Shown here piece by piece: positions 1-9,035 of a DNA stretch of 64,000 nucleotides; positions within the stretch are counted from its first letter, which is position 1, and the number at the start of each line of letters is the position of its first letter. The DNA lies in IMG/VR virus record IMGVR_UViG_3300045391_006539; one strand, written 5' to 3'. The notes under the pieces were generated by a model, which had not been told where the DNA came from, did no database searches, and worked only from the letters and a program-made list of their open reading frames with translations. Position numbers and translations under genes: made by a program. This stretch comes from a virus (lineage: Duplodnaviria; Caudoviricetes).

Positions 1-403
1 GGTAGTTCGCAACACCTGGATTCTGAGGGTGGTGGACGTAGTACTGCGGAGCCGTGGGTTGTGGTTGCGGCTGATTGAACTGCGTGAACGGCACCTGCTG
101 GGTTGGGGGTTGAGGTGGCGGTCTGGGTGGCGTATACGTGGGTGTCACGGGTGGCAGCAATGGTCTAGGTGGCGCCACGGGTGGGCGAGATTGCAGAAGT
201 GACTGCGGCGGAATGACTTGCGGCGCTGGCTGCGCCGGTGCGGGTCGGTTTTCTGTGTGCTGTCTGCACGGTTCGAACCAGTTGCATCGCTCCCGGTGAT
301 GGGTCTGGGTTTTTGGGTTCGTATAGACTGGGTCTAGTCCTCCTGCGCACTCCTTCTCGGTTGGGTCCCAGCTCTTGCCGAAGCAGCTGGGTTGGCTGGT
401 CAT
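1..403 (-). CDS. Hypothetical protein (3'-truncated by window edge): N-terminal Cys motif then Pro/Gln-rich region
   Basis: Not in ORF track. Hand translation from ATG at 403 (MTSQPSCFGKSWDPTEKECAGG...RERCNWFEPC...PPQPPTQQVP) stays open to position 2. Strong SD AAGGAGGTG just upstream. Confidence 0.75.
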   Translation of the reverse strand, partial: MTSQPSCFGKSWDPTEKECAGGLDPVYTNPKTQTHHRERCNWFEPCRQHTENRPAPAQPAPQVIPPQSLLQSRPPVAPPRPLLPPVTPTYTPPRPPPQPPTQQVPFTQFNQPQPQPTAPQYYVHHPQNPGVANY

Positions 404-476
404 CAACAGCACCTCCTTTTGCTTAGATTGACCTCTCCATTCCCCTTATGCCGTGAGGGGACTATCATTTGCGGTC

Positions 477-983
477 ATGAAGAAGCTTTCTGGGCTGGTT
501 CTCGACTACTACGATGACGTGGACGGAGTGGTCTTTCAGAAGCTCTCGTCAGCGGCGCCAGTCCTCTCGGGTTTGGAGAAGACGGCAGCGAGTCTCGACC
601 CCGAAGCGCTCTCGCGTCTGCCGGATGACGTATTCGCTCTGCTCTTGCAGGATGGGGACACGAGTCTGCGCAAGTACGCGATGGCAGATGCAGGCAACAC
701 GGCGCTCTCCATCGCCTACTTCCTCGAGCTCGGTCATCGACTGCCCGTCGAGGCCCAGAAAGTGGCGGCTGCCAATCTCATTCAGGGTTGCGAGTGGTAT
801 GGCTTCCAACCACCACCCGAGCTCGAGAAGATAGCTCTCGGTCTGGGTACGGCCATTCACGGAGCACTCGTTTTGCCGGGTGCAATGAGTGAAGCGAAGA
901 AGAACTTGCAGGCGGTCAAGGGCGCTCCCGGTATCATGACACCCGAGCAAATCAAGGCTCGCCGCATGCAGATGGGAGTGTGA
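477..983 (+). CDS. Head-associated protein with KxA motifs and LPDDVFAL..RKY motif (DUF6582-like)
   Basis: ORF 453..983, ATG at 477 preferred. Motifs LEKTA, QKVA, LEKIA; LPDDVFAL/RKYAMAD resembles the DUF6582-type repeat. Confidence 0.6.
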   Translation: MKKLSGLVLDYYDDVDGVVFQKLSSAAPVLSGLEKTAASLDPEALSRLPDDVFALLLQDGDTSLRKYAMADAGNTALSIAYFLELGHRLPVEAQKVAAANLIQGCEWYGFQPPPELEKIALGLGTAIHGALVLPGAMSEAKKNLQAVKGAPGIMTPEQIKARRMQMGV

Positions 984-984
984 C

Positions 985-1827
985 GTGAACGAACTCGAGA
1001 ACTACCTGATGGACAAGACGGCAGAGGTGGCGGGTACACACCTGATGCCTTCCAGTGCTCCAACGTACAGTGACCAGAACCGTAGCCCCACCAAGACCAT
1101 CAAGAAGGCCTCCCTCGGACAGCGGGTGGACGTTACCGGTGCGGAAGCATCCGGCGGAGGGGCTACCAAGCAGGCTCATCATTACGCTCTGCCTGGTCTC
1201 TCTCGCTATCCGCTGGATAGTCAGCTGCATGTGAAGCAGGCGAGTGCCTACTTCGAAGAGAACCACAAATCGATGGCGCCCGTGCATCGGCACGAGTACT
1301 GCGTCAACCTGGTCAAGCGCGCGAGTGCGCTCGGCATGAACGTCTCCGACCTCGCTCGTAAGTATGGCTCGGAAAGCTACGCGAGCGATGCGGAAATCGA
1401 GATTGCTCTGCTCGGTCGAGCGAGCGTCATCAAAGAAGCGATGCACCGCAGGGCGCTCAATGCTCTCGATGACCACCGCGCGCTGATGAAGCCGTCCGAC
1501 TTTGTCGTGGCGCTCGAGCAGTTTGACAAGGTTGCTGGTATCAGCCACCTCTATGACAGCCACGTGCTCGACCCCTACCTCTCGACCTTCGGGACCAAGA
1601 TGGCGAGTGACAGCGCCATCCAGGTCGACAACGAGTACATCCCGAGGGCAGACCTCGAAGCCTTTGCGAGGACCGATGCCAGCCGCCTCACCGACTCTTT
1701 CGGTGAGGACTTCGTCAAAGAGTTTCGCAAGGACCCGGTTGGTATCTTGAACAGCCTGCCGAAGGACCAGAAGAAGATGGTCATTCGTTTGGCCTCGAGT
1801 ACTCTGACGGACCCGACCTCCACCTGA
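985..1827 (+). CDS. Head-associated protein with DUF6582-like domain and KxA motifs
   Basis: YALPGLSRYPLDSQLHVKQASAYF...LVKRASALGMNV matches the DUF6582 pattern from memory; DKTA, TKQA, TKMA. Confidence 0.6.
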   Translation: MNELENYLMDKTAEVAGTHLMPSSAPTYSDQNRSPTKTIKKASLGQRVDVTGAEASGGGATKQAHHYALPGLSRYPLDSQLHVKQASAYFEENHKSMAPVHRHEYCVNLVKRASALGMNVSDLARKYGSESYASDAEIEIALLGRASVIKEAMHRRALNALDDHRALMKPSDFVVALEQFDKVAGISHLYDSHVLDPYLSTFGTKMASDSAIQVDNEYIPRADLEAFARTDASRLTDSFGEDFVKEFRKDPVGILNSLPKDQKKMVIRLASSTLTDPTST

Positions 1828-1828
1828 G

Positions 1829-2662
1829 ATGGAGCGCGAGGATGCAGAGAGCCGCTTCCGCCGCGCGTTGGCGGAGGTGCAGGCGTATCCGAGCTTGGTC
1901 AAGGCTGGGGCTGATTACATCCGCGACCGATTGCGCGAGGGCTCCGTTCCAGGCAACGACGATGATGATGACATCATCGAGACGACCGAGAACGACGATG
2001 GAAAGAAGGAGGCGGAGGCGTTACCGCCCCCGCCCCACATCAACCTCTTCCAACATCCAGATACACACCCAGCGATACTCGACATCCTCTTGCTGCGCAA
2101 GTACGGACCCGAGTGGATGCTCTGGGAGCCCGAGACGCTCGCGCTACGCATCCCGCTCGATTTTCACACCGGTGAAGTGAGCGACCTCAACATGCACAAG
2201 ATTCAGGCCATGAAGACCCTGCACGTGGTCGACAGTCCTTGGACGGCGTGGGAGGTCTTCGTGTGGTGTGCCATGCCACTCAACGGTCTGTTCCCAGACT
2301 TCGAGGTGATGCAGGTACCGACGGTGGCGCAGGTACTGGTGGCCATCGACGTCTTCAACATCGTCCGGCAAGACGTGACTTGGAGCGACGAGCTCGCGAC
2401 TTACCTCGGCACGGTCTGGCGGCACGAAGGTCTATTCGTTCCCGTCTCTCCTGCGGACTTCATCACCATCGATACGAGCGGGACGAAGCTCGACCTCGAT
2501 AAGATTCGGAGCATGTGGCCCGAGGTGCGGCAGAGTCGGAAGGCGCCCTCGGACGAGAATGCCGAGAGCGAGCAGCTGCGGCGCATGCTCGAAGCCGATA
2601 CCTACCTGCGCGAGTCGCAGGAACTGTTCGAGCGCCAGATGAAGGGAGTGCTGGGTGCCTGA
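1829..2662 (+). CDS. Hypothetical phage protein; N-terminus carries a copy of the capsid protein's YIRDxLRE motif
   Basis: 277-aa ORF coupled to its neighbours; GADYIRDRLREGS versus capsid GGAYIRDKLREVS. Confidence 0.7.
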   Translation: MEREDAESRFRRALAEVQAYPSLVKAGADYIRDRLREGSVPGNDDDDDIIETTENDDGKKEAEALPPPPHINLFQHPDTHPAILDILLLRKYGPEWMLWEPETLALRIPLDFHTGEVSDLNMHKIQAMKTLHVVDSPWTAWEVFVWCAMPLNGLFPDFEVMQVPTVAQVLVAIDVFNIVRQDVTWSDELATYLGTVWRHEGLFVPVSPADFITIDTSGTKLDLDKIRSMWPEVRQSRKAPSDENAESEQLRRMLEADTYLRESQELFERQMKGVLGA

Positions 2663-3662
2663 GTGGGTCAAGGAAGCGCTCGCGCCAGCAACCCTCGCGG
2701 CGATGAGCACGGCAGTCAAAGGCTTGGGGGCCGGGGCTGGGGTGGGCGGCCTGCTCGGCGCTGGTGCCGGTGGAGCCCTCGGGGCAGTCCAAGGGTACCG
2801 GCACCAGCGCCAGCACGGAGCCGACGTCGGTCACGCCCTCGCCGGGGGTCTGAGGGGAGCGCTTCCTGGCATCGGCGCCGGCGCCCTGGCAGGTGCAGGG
2901 GTCGGTGGTATCGCTGGGGCTTTGAAGCCAATGCAAGCGCTGGCCATGGGTCAGAAGCCCGGTCTCTTGCAAAGCGCGAGCCACTTCGGCCAGCGTCAAG
3001 TCCATGCCCTCACGGGCGTTGGCGGGGCCCAGTACGCGCGCTCGGTGGGCGGAGGCGCTCACGATGCCGTCGAGCGCTACGAGGCAGCCAGGAAGGCCGT
3101 GGACGCCGTTCACGAGCTGCACCCAGACCGGGTCCCGGCCATGCGCGAGTTCACCAAGGCCCGACAGTGGCGCGACGCCGCGCTCGAGAGCGAGCGTCAG
3201 GGTATTACCAGCTTGCCGGGCTATGCCAAGGCGCTCTGGAAGAACCCGGCCGATGCCGTGGCGGCTGGAGTCAAGGACCAGTGGCACAGCATGGGTACTG
3301 GGGGACGGGCGCTCATGTATGGCCTGCCCGCCCTCAGCGTGGCGGGCGAGCTCGCCCACTCCGAGGACGAGTCGGGTAAGGGCAAGGGCCGCTTCCAGCG
3401 CGCGGGTGAGATGCTCGGCACGGCGACGGGCGCCCTCGCACCTTTGCCCATCGTCGGTGACCTCGCCTTTGGTGGGGCGCTCTCGGGCAGCTTGGGACAG
3501 GTCGGCAAGCGTCTCGACACCCGCTCCGCGCTCCGCAATTTGCAGAAGCGTCGGGGTGAGCAGGTGTCGCTCCCGCCCGAGCCACGCGGCGAGACGACAC
3601 CGAGCGAGTACATCGCGAGCGACAGGGCCTCAGGGGTCATCCCAGAAAGCGTCACGGCATGA
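2655..3662 (+). CDS. Glycine-zipper-rich putative internal virion/ejection protein
   Basis: VKEA followed by GLGAGAGVGGLLGAGAGGALGA and further GxxxG arrays; overlaps the portal start. Confidence 0.55.
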   Translation: MPEWVKEALAPATLAAMSTAVKGLGAGAGVGGLLGAGAGGALGAVQGYRHQRQHGADVGHALAGGLRGALPGIGAGALAGAGVGGIAGALKPMQALAMGQKPGLLQSASHFGQRQVHALTGVGGAQYARSVGGGAHDAVERYEAARKAVDAVHELHPDRVPAMREFTKARQWRDAALESERQGITSLPGYAKALWKNPADAVAAGVKDQWHSMGTGGRALMYGLPALSVAGELAHSEDESGKGKGRFQRAGEMLGTATGALAPLPIVGDLAFGGALSGSLGQVGKRLDTRSALRNLQKRRGEQVSLPPEPRGETTPSEYIASDRASGVIPESVTA

Positions 3663-5686
3663 GTTTCGTCGGCAGTATCTCGGCAGGCACGGCTGGTAGT
3701 CCTGGCCGCTTCATGGCGCAGACCCGGGGGCGGGTACAGGGCTCCGTCGCGAACGGGGTGAACTACCCGAGTCCGTTCTTCGACGTCGCTCATACCTATC
3801 TACCCGTCACCATCAAGCAGCTCTTTCGCTGGTGTCGGTACTACTTCCTGACCAATCCGCTCATCAACGCGACGGTCTTCAAGCTGTCCGAGTATCCCAT
3901 CACGGACATCATCATCGAGCACCCCGAGCCGAAGGTGCGGCATCGTTGGGAAGAGTACTTTCAGGACCACCTGCGCTTCCGCGCATTCCAGGTCGAGTGC
4001 GGTCTCGACTACCACGCTTACGGCAACATGCTCGGCTCGCTCGGGTTCCCGTTCAAGAAGTACCTCAGCTGCCGAGTCTGTGGCTTCAAGGAGCGGGCGG
4101 ACAAGATTCGCCAGCACTGGACCTTCACGAATACGGCCTTTCGCTTGACGTGTCCCACGTGTGGGCAGACGGGTGATGCCTCGGCGCGCGATATTTACTA
4201 CCGCAACGCGAGCGGCATCAACCTCATCCGCTGGAACTGCGAGCACGTCGAAATCAACTACAACGACGCGACCGGCGAGACGACGCACTTCTACACCATC
4301 CCGCCGCAGGTGAAGAACGACATCACCATCGGCAAGAAGGACATCGTCGAGAGCATCCCGCAGGTCTTCATCGAGGCCATCCGCCAGCAGAAGGGCATCG
4401 TCTTTTCGAAGGACAACCTCTTCCACATGAAGCGGGCGACGCTCGCCCAGCAGGACCGTGGTTGGGGCATCCCACTCATCCTGCCGGTGTTGAAGGACGC
4501 CTTCTACCTGCAAATCATGAAGAAGGCGCAGGAGGCCATCCTGCTCGAGCACATCGTGCCACTGCGCGTGCTCTTCCCCCAGGCAGGTTCTGGTTCGAGC
4601 GACCCGTATACCAGTGTGAACCTCGTCGACTGGCGCGACCACGTCGCGACCGAGATTGCACGCTGGCGTTATGACAATAACTACATACCTATTCTCCCTC
4701 TACCTATTGGCAATCAGACCATTGGTGGTGATGGCAGAGCTCTACTCCTTACTCAGGAGATTCAAATCTGGTCTGAGCAGATGATGGTGGGCATGGGCGT
4801 GCCCAAAGAGTTCCTGCTCGGCGGCATGAGCTACGCTGGCACCAACGTCTCCATGCGCATGCTGGAGAACGCCTTCATCGGCTACATCCTGCGCCAGAAG
4901 CAGATGGCGAACTGGGTCATGCAGCAGGTCTCGGCATTCATGGGCTGGCCTCGAGCGCAGGTGCGCTTCAAGCCGTTCAAGATGGCCGATGACATCCAGC
5001 GCAAGGCCTTCCTGTTCCAGCTCAACCAGGCCAACAAGATTTCCGACACCACGCTCCTCGCCGACTGCGACCTCAATCAGGAGGATGAGGACGAAGTGAT
5101 GATTCGCGAGACGTCCAAGCGTTTGCAGGCAACCAAGCTGCAGCAAATCGCCATGGCGCAGATTCAGGGCGAGGCCTCGGTCGTCATGGCCAAGTTCCAG
5201 GCCAAGGCGCAGCAGGTTTCCCAGGCGGTCCTGATGACCCCGCCGGCGCCGGGTGAGCCCGGGGCAGAGCAGGAGATGATGAACCAGGCCATGCAGGGGC
5301 AGGCGGCCCCACCACAGCTGCCTGCGGGCACACAGAGCCCGCTCAATGCGGGGCAGCAGGCAGGCGTCCAGCCCGCTCCTGATAGCCTCGCCGAGGCCGA
5401 CCTCAATGCCCAGGCGCAACAGGGTGTGGACATCCACCAGCTCGCCACCATGCTGGCCGAGCAGTATCTGTCGCTCGGTGCCGACGAGCAGCAAATGGCG
5501 CTCCAGAATCTCCAGGCTCAGAGTCCCGAGCTCGCGGAGCTGGTCTTGCAGGAAGTCCACCGCATGCAGGCACAGGGCATGGGTCCACAGCAGATGCCTG
5601 GGGCGCTCGGCGCGAGCGTCTCCCAGGTGGACACTAGACCTTTGCCCGAGCAGCGGGGACCTCGTCGCATGGCTGCATCCGTATGA
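3659..5686 (+). CDS. Portal protein (putative) with zinc-ribbon insertion and Gln-rich C-terminus
   Basis: 675 aa. Portal-like N-terminus (YYFLTNPLINATVFKLSEYP), GWGIPLILPVL, MGVPKEFLLGG; CRVC/CPTC insertion; head-gene context. Confidence 0.7.
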   Translation: MSFVGSISAGTAGSPGRFMAQTRGRVQGSVANGVNYPSPFFDVAHTYLPVTIKQLFRWCRYYFLTNPLINATVFKLSEYPITDIIIEHPEPKVRHRWEEYFQDHLRFRAFQVECGLDYHAYGNMLGSLGFPFKKYLSCRVCGFKERADKIRQHWTFTNTAFRLTCPTCGQTGDASARDIYYRNASGINLIRWNCEHVEINYNDATGETTHFYTIPPQVKNDITIGKKDIVESIPQVFIEAIRQQKGIVFSKDNLFHMKRATLAQQDRGWGIPLILPVLKDAFYLQIMKKAQEAILLEHIVPLRVLFPQAGSGSSDPYTSVNLVDWRDHVATEIARWRYDNNYIPILPLPIGNQTIGGDGRALLLTQEIQIWSEQMMVGMGVPKEFLLGGMSYAGTNVSMRMLENAFIGYILRQKQMANWVMQQVSAFMGWPRAQVRFKPFKMADDIQRKAFLFQLNQANKISDTTLLADCDLNQEDEDEVMIRETSKRLQATKLQQIAMAQIQGEASVVMAKFQAKAQQVSQAVLMTPPAPGEPGAEQEMMNQAMQGQAAPPQLPAGTQSPLNAGQQAGVQPAPDSLAEADLNAQAQQGVDIHQLATMLAEQYLSLGADEQQMALQNLQAQSPELAELVLQEVHRMQAQGMGPQQMPGALGASVSQVDTRPLPEQRGPRRMAASV

Positions 5687-5700
5687 GGGGCTAAGAGAAG

Positions 5701-5889
5701 ACCGCCCAAAGACGGACTACCCGACACGCACCGGTTTGGCATTGGTGGGCCGCGAAGCTTACGTTAGCCGCCCCGTGGTTGTGTGCGTGTCGAGTAGCCC
5801 GTCTTCGGACGGTGGATGAGCCCCTCGAGAGGAGCGTGCTGCCCGCGGAGGGGGTTCGCGAACAGCAGCCCCACTCGAAGGGCTCATCC
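5701..5889 (-). ncRNA. Putative structured RNA: two abutting long hairpins in the convergent intergenic region
   Basis: 5701-5731 pairs with 5783-5813 (31 bp), and 5814-5889 folds into a ~32-bp rod. The + strand A/C mismatches are G-U pairs on the - strand. Confidence 0.55.
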
Positions 5890-5898
5890 CGGTTTCTG

Positions 5899-6342
5899 TC
5901 AGTTGCTGTTGAGGTAGTTCGCAGCCTTGACGAGGCTGTGTTGACTATGCACGGCGCGTGCCATTGCAGTGACCTCGGGTTCGGTCCGCAGTGCCTGGAC
6001 TGTCTTCTCGAGTATTTCGGACACGTCGTTGTAGCGGGTGTCCTTGGTGACCTCCGCGATGGCCAAGGCCCAGACGATGCCCCACTCTGAGGTCTTCTCG
6101 AAGGCGTGCTCGGTGCCGAGGTATCCGAGCAGACCGTGCTTGGCCTGCTCCTTCATTGACCAGAAGGCCATGTCATTGAACGTACCGATGATTTTCTGCA
6201 CGCGCTGCATGTTCCCATCATCATCTGTCACCCGAGTGAGCATCATGCTCTCGGCGGCTCCGGTGATGAGTAGGGTGGCACCCGTGGTAACCGAGGAGGC
6301 AATACCGGCGGCGCGGTCGAGAACCTTGAGGAACTTCTTCAT
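5899..6342 (-). CDS. Hypothetical protein
   Basis: 147-aa ATG ORF continuing the - strand operon. Confidence 0.65.
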   Translation of the reverse strand: MKKFLKVLDRAAGIASSVTTGATLLITGAAESMMLTRVTDDDGNMQRVQKIIGTFNDMAFWSMKEQAKHGLLGYLGTEHAFEKTSEWGIVWALAIAEVTKDTRYNDVSEILEKTVQALRTEPEVTAMARAVHSQHSLVKAANYLNSN

Positions 6343-6395
6343 AGCGGTCTATTCACGTGCGGAGATGTGATGCACGTGCCTTTCTTCCATAGTTG

Positions 6396-7706
6396 TTATT
6401 CCTCAAAATCGTCAGAAATTGCGGCACTCTGCAGATTGCGTAGAACTTCATACCGCTTCTGCACGTTGCGGTCGTTGGACGTGAGAATCTGAATGCCCCA
6501 GTCGCAGGGTCGGCGTGTCCAAGGTCCTGGGGCGAGTAGCCACACGAACTCGGTGCCGCGTGGCTTGTGAGTAGGCGCGACGCCGTCTCCATCCGTCGAG
6601 TAGAAGATGATGTCGGGTTTGGGTCTGGAAGACATCACCCGTTCGATGGCTGGGATGAAGTTCGTACCACTCCGACCCACGACGGGCAAGGTGAAGAGCT
6701 CGCGCACACCGATGCGGATGGGTTCTCTCTTTACACTGGCGTCACAGGCGAGGTACCAGACCTCCGAGAATCCGAGCTGCATCATGGCGTGAGCGAACTC
6801 GTAGCGGTTCTCCCGGAGCTGTGGGCTACCCATCGAACCACTCGAATCTTCTATGAAGTAGACGACGGGTTCGTAGGTGATGAGGCCGGGTCGGAGAAGG
6901 CCGATGGCGTAGCTGCGCCGGGAGGGTCGGCGGAGCGAGTAGTCGCTTTGCCCCGAGCGCACACGACCGCAGGCATCCCCCAGCACCATGGGCACGACTT
7001 GTTGCCAGGGGACGACCGCTTCTTCGGTACCATCGAACCGGAGGAGTTCCTCCATGAAGGCCGGCATATTGCCCCGCCCGAAAGCGCCGCTCTTGGCAGC
7101 CTCTCTGAGGGCTTGCTTGCCGGCTTGTTTGAAGTACTGGACCTCCGATTCGCTGCGACCCTGTTCCTTCGTCTTCTGTTCGGAGGGTGATGGCTTTCCA
7201 CCCGAGCAGGTGCCGCAGCGTCCAGAGCCCACTGACAGAGCCTTGGGTCGCTTGTCGGGAGGCAGATTCTTCAGGAGCTCGTAGTACTTCTCTCCAGTGA
7301 GTCCCTTGGGGAAGCCGTAGTTCTTGCTAAAGAGTCCCTCTGGCGGCAGCTTGACGCCGAGGGAGTCGAGCATGTCGTTGATGGGGAAGTCGAAGGCGCA
7401 GGCCAAGAGCTCCCACTCGCTTTGAGGAAAGCTGACGATGCGCGGCAGATGGTCGTTCAGAATGTGCAACGCCTCGTGTATGAGTAGACCACTCGCCACT
7501 TCTACATCCCACTGTGAATACCAGTGGTAATCGATGCCGAGGAGCATCTTGTCCGTGACGAATAGCGTTTGGATGGCCTGGACGTTCTCGGGGACGAGGC
7601 CGAGTACGGTCACGTAGAAGTAGGGGAACTTGGATTTGATGTGGAGACGGGCCTGCTGCAAGCGGATGATGCCCGCACCGATACTCTGTAGCTCAGTCTT
7701 GGACAT
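6396..7706 (-). CDS. Putative metallopeptidase + VWA-like domain protein (DUF2201-type)
   Basis: HEALH (HExxH), DFPIND, SLRRPSRR, MIDAS-like EDSSGSM, GRSGTNF, STDGDG; paired with an AAA gene. Confidence 0.8.
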   Translation of the reverse strand: MSKTELQSIGAGIIRLQQARLHIKSKFPYFYVTVLGLVPENVQAIQTLFVTDKMLLGIDYHWYSQWDVEVASGLLIHEALHILNDHLPRIVSFPQSEWELLACAFDFPINDMLDSLGVKLPPEGLFSKNYGFPKGLTGEKYYELLKNLPPDKRPKALSVGSGRCGTCSGGKPSPSEQKTKEQGRSESEVQYFKQAGKQALREAAKSGAFGRGNMPAFMEELLRFDGTEEAVVPWQQVVPMVLGDACGRVRSGQSDYSLRRPSRRSYAIGLLRPGLITYEPVVYFIEDSSGSMGSPQLRENRYEFAHAMMQLGFSEVWYLACDASVKREPIRIGVRELFTLPVVGRSGTNFIPAIERVMSSRPKPDIIFYSTDGDGVAPTHKPRGTEFVWLLAPGPWTRRPCDWGIQILTSNDRNVQKRYEVLRNLQSAAISDDFEE

Positions 7707-8961
7707 AGTCAGTGATGTTATTGTCCGCCATCCAGCGGTATACGGGGTCTGCGAAGATGCGAATCGCTGGGCTCACGCTCCGACCGAGGTTCTTGCTGAG
7801 CAGGGTTCGTGCACCAGAGACGATGACGTCGCCCATGTCGGCTTGGATAAAGTTGCTGAAAATGCTCCAGGCGCGAGCGGCCATGTCGATGGCCACCTGT
7901 CGGTCGGGGATGCTGGCAACGTACTCCGTCACGCTCGTGAGGACGGCGTAGCCGACATCCATGCGGTGATTGTTGGGCTGGAAACCTTTCTCGAGGACCT
8001 CCTCGGGTCTCGGCAGGTCGGCATTGCGCAGCCAGGTGAGCATGTCGAATGCAGCTCCCTCACCCACGCAGCCCTCTATCATGAGCTGCCCGATGGCCTC
8101 GGAATGACCGAGCGCATCTGCGGTGGCCTTGAGGCGCCCGGCGAGTCTCCAAGTACGGTGTGAGGGCCAGTTGTACCCCGATTGCGGGTGGTCCGTCGAT
8201 GGTTCCATGTGTAGTGTCATGCCCTGCCGATACTCGTGGTAGCCCGTCAGCATGGCTTTGGCGTGAGCATAGGTCGAGCTCCAGCGGGAGCGAACGATGT
8301 CTTCTCCCTTGGCGGCGTCGAATTTGGGTGTCGCCCGCTCGCTCGCCATGAAGGCAATCCAATCTCGGTGGGGTGGCGGCTTCACCTGGAGGTGGCAGTA
8401 GCGGTTGGCCGTTGCCGGTGATAGGTGGAAACCACTGGTCGACCACTTGGGTGGGTTGGCTGCAGCCAGGATGCGAATGCCGGGAGCAAGGCGGGTATCC
8501 CCAACGACTCGGTCTTGGATGAAGCCGAGCATGGCTCCTTCCGTTGCTCGAGTCGCGTTGTTGGCCTCGTCGAGGAAGATGACGCCTCGACCCTGTGGGT
8601 TGAGCCAGCGCACGGCGGCGAGCATGCACTCGATGGTGGGCCCATTCAAGCCAGGCATGAGCACGCCTGCAAAATCTTCGGGTTGGCGCTGGCCTGGGTA
8701 GATGGGTGCGTAGGGCAGCATGCATTCGATGCACGCCTGTTTGACCTTGTCGCTCTTGGCCGTAGAGGGTAGACCCCAGTAGAAGACGGGAGCGCCCCAA
8801 ATGCAGTCGGGTTCGAAGGGGTCTCCCATGGGAGTCATGATGGCGACGTGCGCCGTGACGTGCATGACGTTGGTGGCATCCGGCACGTTCGCATCTTCGA
8901 TGCCGACGTGCATGGTGCTGCCTTTGGAATGGTCGAATACGTGCTTTTTCTGGTCAGGCAT
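7693..8961 (-). CDS. MoxR-like AAA+ ATPase
   Basis: Walker A variant GLPSTAKS, Walker B IFLDEAN, ILAAANPP, LSPATANRY, PSHRTW. Confidence 0.8.
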   Translation of the reverse strand: MPDQKKHVFDHSKGSTMHVGIEDANVPDATNVMHVTAHVAIMTPMGDPFEPDCIWGAPVFYWGLPSTAKSDKVKQACIECMLPYAPIYPGQRQPEDFAGVLMPGLNGPTIECMLAAVRWLNPQGRGVIFLDEANNATRATEGAMLGFIQDRVVGDTRLAPGIRILAAANPPKWSTSGFHLSPATANRYCHLQVKPPPHRDWIAFMASERATPKFDAAKGEDIVRSRWSSTYAHAKAMLTGYHEYRQGMTLHMEPSTDHPQSGYNWPSHRTWRLAGRLKATADALGHSEAIGQLMIEGCVGEGAAFDMLTWLRNADLPRPEEVLEKGFQPNNHRMDVGYAVLTSVTEYVASIPDRQVAIDMAARAWSIFSNFIQADMGDVIVSGARTLLSKNLGRSVSPAIRIFADPVYRWMADNNITDYVQD

Positions 8962-8976
8962 AGACTTTGGTTGTAT

Positions 8977-8999
8977 GGAGCCAGCACGCTGCTGGCTCC
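8977..8999 (-). promoter_or_regulatory. Perfect 10-bp hairpin in the leader of the AAA gene
   Basis: GGAGCCAGCA-cgc-TGCTGGCTCC, 3 nt downstream of the GAGATAAC motif on the - strand. Confidence 0.5.
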
Positions 9000-9035
9000 G
9001 TGGTTATCTCTGCTTCTCTGAAGAATTGCTAGACC

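Noticed and set aside
5799-5812. cUUCGg tetraloop hairpin on the + strand
   Set aside because: It lies within one arm of the 31-bp stem whose G-U bias favours the - strand; kept only as a possible alternative fold.
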